Position numbers and translations under genes: made by a program. A stretch of DNA of 53,777 nt, filler included, from Streblomastix strix (lineage: Eukaryota): NCBI GenBank assembly GCA_008636045.1. It is 3 parts of 3 records of this genome, joined end to end, with 100 filler letters (N's around TTAATTAATTAA, not from the genome) between each part and the next. Parts side by side here need not be neighbours in the genome. Positions count along the whole stretch, not along the records: positions 35,927 to 53,777 come from SNRW01000666.1; 2 more parts are not named here. One strand, written 5' to 3'. Positions 50,250 to 53,777 of the stretch are shown one piece after another. How positions within the stretch are numbered: position 1 is the stretch's first letter; each line of letters begins with the position of its first letter. The notes under the pieces were generated by a model, which did no database searches, was not told where the DNA came from, and was given only the letters and a program-made list of their open reading frames with translations.

Positions 50250-51355
50250 TTATATTTTTCATCTAATTATTGAATATTATTTGCAATTAATTTACAATAT
50301 TATATTGGTAATTCTATTATTTTTTATCATTATATGACTTTAATAATTTAGCAGTTAAATTACCATTAGAATATCTAATAAACTCAGCTAATTAATTGAA
50401 ATTTCTTCTTTATTTAACAAATTAATGACATGTTTTAGAGTAATCAAGATGAATCATTAGTATATTTCCTGGTTAGAATGATAATAAACCTTTGTTTTAT
50501 TATTATTATTATTTAATTTAAAATAGTTTATCTTATTGCTGTCTTAAATATTATCCTTCAATATCTTAGTAATCATTAGCTTATTATGGTGAATATTTAT
50601 TATCATAAGCAGAATGAGGAGTCTAGTTATACATCTTAACCATATGCTACATCAAATCATTATCAGCGAATTTCTATGAATCATCACCAAATCCATTACG
50701 AATCGTTCTAATAGCTGAGTCAACAACTCCATTATGATTAGTGAACTTCGAATCAGTGAAGAATGAGGTTATTTTATGTTTTTAACAGAATGATTTAAAT
50801 ATACTTCCATTGAATCCCTTCTCACCATCACCTCAAATATTGGTAACATGATAAATCTTAACTAGTATTTACAATGCATTCTTAATTTAACCTGCTGATT
50901 TATCTCTTAGTGGGAAAACAACGAGATATTTAGAGATGATATTTATACAGAATAGATATATTTAATTAGCTCTGATAATTCGTTCATCCATTGAGAAAAC
51001 TAAGTCAATTTCCCATGATCCAAGTTTTGGTGAGAAATACGGACGAATCAGCTTTGATAATGGCTTAATTTAGTAATCAGGAGGAATATCTTGGATTTTA
51101 TCAGGTGATTTACAGTGAAACTTCTTAAAATTCTCTATCTTGGATTTGAAAGGATATTTCAAGCTATCAGAGTATCCCTCTTATAGCTAATTTTTTTGCT
51201 TGAGTTCTTGCTTAGTTACGTAATCTTGTTATACTTGTTTAATCGTGCTTTAAAATATACTATTTATATAATTTCTCCAGTTATTTCTCATTCAGTATTT
51301 CTAGGATTTACTTATTAAAATTCTTAACAAATTCTTAAAATTTCATTCAATTCAT
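50250..51355 (-). pseudogene. Retroviral-like (rve) integrase of Polinton type
   Basis: GSWEIDLVF, YLFCINIISKYLVVFPLRDKS, NI*GDGEKGF, HNGVVDSAIRTIR and YNQTPHSA..SP. Confidence 0.85.
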
Positions 51356-51565
51356 GTTATGATATGCAATATTTTCAATCCATTAATCTATGTTTTCTTA
51401 GCGATTCATTTTAGAAAATTCAAAAATACCTCGTTCTAATGGAGATTTACATATATATGTAACTCCATCGTAATCAACATCAATATTGAATACTTAATAC
51501 TTAATAATTACATATAATCAACGCCAAAACAATAATAATGACTTTATCAACTGCTATTTATAAAT

Positions 51566-53777
51566 TCAAAGTTATGATTTTTAAATATCAACCTTATATT
51601 AACTAAATTTTAAACCATAAATATATGGTGCACAAGCTTAATTTTTAAGAACTATTGTTTTTGTGTTGATTCCACTGAATCCTATTCTTTCTTATATGAC
51701 TTAAGATAATATTTCTTGTTTTTGAATTAAAGGTGTGTTATTTACTTTAGTTATTATATTTTTATTAATATTGTCTTCAAATTATTATTAATTTATTTAT
51801 TTATTTATTTCTTGTTTTACTCCTTTCAATTTCATGGTTACTTTTTAATTCATGTTACTCACTTCGTGATTAAGCCGATTACTCGGATTACTTTCTAAGT
51901 AATAACACTTTGGAGCTAATGCTAAGCAAGTTGTAGATTCTGATTCAATATTCCAACCTAATATCTTCTTCTTATCATAGTAATTATCATTGCTTGCTGA
52001 AGGAAATAGCTATGAATATAACTTATCCCATAATTTCTTATTTTTAATTGGCCAACTCCTATGAGCTATAGCTAAGCATAAACTATCAGTATCACCATAG
52101 ATAACATAAAAATAATCCATATCTTAGCAAATAGTTAGAAAGTTATAGTAAGCTTTGAGATAGAAGTACTTTGAGTTATCCATAGTGATGTATGCAACTT
52201 ATAATGATGTTGAACTTGAACATCTCTTCTTTTCTAATTCAATTATGAAGAAATTCTCAGAAATTTACTTATTAGTAAGGAAAGTGTTGGCCATATGATG
52301 TTTTCATACGTTTTTCTTATTGCATAATCTGAAATCTTTATATTTCTCTGAGTTAATAGAATCATAACAAAATGAGGTATTCATTTCAAGCTTATTCTTT
52401 AATTCTTCACCTTTATTACATTCAATATGAGCTTTACAACGAAGATTTATATTAGTTTTGACAAATTCATTGAATTAACAATGTTTATTAAAGAGAATAA
52501 TCTATTTAATATCATCAATCACTAAATGACAACGATCTATAAGAAACTATAGATAATAATTATTGAATTACATATATTCATCATGAGTTGATAATAACAT
52601 CATTAATTTCTATTCATCTATATCGTGTTACATATTATTTTTTATCATATTTTCATAAATATTTTCACCTACTGTATCTTTATCAGTGATAATCTTAAGA
52701 TTTCTCCAAATTTCTGGGAAATTTATGAATTCATTAATATACTCATTAGGGATATGAGCTTTGACTTTAGCAATGAATAGATGAACATTATTATTTAGTA
52801 TATCTTCGTCAGATGAGAATCTATGCTTATTGAATATGAATTATTTTGCTTATTCTTTGTCATGAATGATACATTTAACTCCACCTGGCATGTGCGTCCT
52901 ATGATTTGTATATGGAATTAGTAAATGCTATTCAGAACTCATACAAGAACCATAGAAACTATTAAAATCTAGATATATTATATTTTCAACGATATGAGGA
53001 AGCTCATAAGATATTACTTGATCGTCTTATAGTTTAAATTTATGAATCTAAGTCTGTCCAGCGATATTTTCACTATGAGTAACGAATGAATTACCACCTA
53101 CCATATCATTACGTAATGAATCATAGACTTCTTGATTAGAAATAGTCATTGTTAAGCTATATAATTCGCAATACTTACATATTTATATCATTTATCTCGC
53201 TGTTTCCTTATCTTTATTAGAAGCTTACTTAATACAGTAAAAACAACAAGGTAATACATTGGTTTTAGTATGAGATTTATCATTATCTATTCTATCTAGT
53301 GTTGGCTAATTATCGTAAGTAAATTTTGCTTAGCACATGTGACATCGTTATGTTAAGAATACATCATGAAAATATTCGTAATCATCATACTGTATATTAT
53401 GATCTATTCTTCTTTTCTTTCGTTTTTCTTACTCGTTGTAGGAATTCATTTTAGATTTCCAGTATTTTAATGATAAATCGTAAGGTTTTGAATTATCAAT
53501 TGGATTCTAACACGGGGAAATATTAAAATTCATATAGGCAAATGCGCATTTTTTTAAGCATGATAATTTCGCTAACGATGTATTCTACAGCAGATCTATA
53601 TAAAATGGAATATAATCATTAATTCTATTGTCGATTACTGATAATAATAACTATGATTATCGTATTATATCATTGCTTAATTCGACTTTACCAATATCTC
53701 TTAGAAAATCATCGAGTTCCATATTAGCACTGACATAGTTCTTAGCATCAATAAATTTTAGATGAATGGAGTTATCA
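51566..53777 (-). pseudogene. Protein-primed family B DNA polymerase (pPolB), 5' partial
   Basis: LKFIDAKNY, GG motif (DMVGGNS), motif A YLDFNSFYGS, motif B KLEMNTSFCY, motif C YGDTDS, LAPKCYY and KLKGV. At least one internal TGA and a frameshift or deletion near 53560. Confidence 0.9.

Larger units (their letters stand above)
38580..53777. mobile_element. Endogenous Polinton/Maverick-like virus (decaying, termini not seen)
   Basis: Tightly packed intronless genes: pPolB, rve integrase, A32/FtsK-type ATPase, probable capsid, Prim-Pol and fibre-like proteins. Confidence 0.9.

Noticed and set aside
38580..53777. Bacterial prophage or contaminant interpretation of the fibre-bearing region
   Set aside because: The genes use TAR=Gln, and pPolB plus rve integrase plus A32-type ATPase is a eukaryotic Polinton signature.
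40757..53777. TGA reassigned to an amino acid in the virus
   Set aside because: TGA ends host and viral ORFs, and the same genes also carry frameshifts, so decay is the simpler explanation.
1..53777. CRISPR arrays, rRNA and tRNA genes
   Set aside because: No regularly spaced repeat-spacer array or recognisable structural RNA was seen by eye; covariance-model searches were not run.

Overview
The window is three unrelated ~17.9 kb contigs (1-17863, 17964-35826, 35927-53777) joined by artificial N/TTAATTAATTAA/N spacers. The DNA comes from a very AT-rich, intron-rich eukaryote that reads TAA/TAG as Gln and stops only at TGA, so the supplied standard-code ORF track is fragmented and misleading. 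This code together with PFOR, a flagellar CFAP52 homolog and many GT-AG introns suggests an oxymonad such as Streblomastix (inference). Contig 1 holds a decayed PFOR pseudogene, a 5.8 kb TIR/TSD-bounded DNA transposon carrying a Sola-like DDD transposase and a decayed CFAP52 copy, a kinase/SPRY deletion remnant, and a very long FANCJ-like helicase. Contig 2 holds a DIRS-type retroelement remnant, U-box, protein kinase, dual-specificity phosphatase and F-box genes, and a palindromic MITE-like element. Contig 3 is mostly a decaying endogenous Polinton/Maverick-like virus: pPolB with an HNH-like insert, integrase, packaging ATPase, probable major capsid, Prim-Pol primase, phage-like fibre genes and an adenovirus pVI-like peptide. 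All translations were done by eye, all family assignments are from remembered motifs rather than database searches, and coordinates of decayed genes are approximate.
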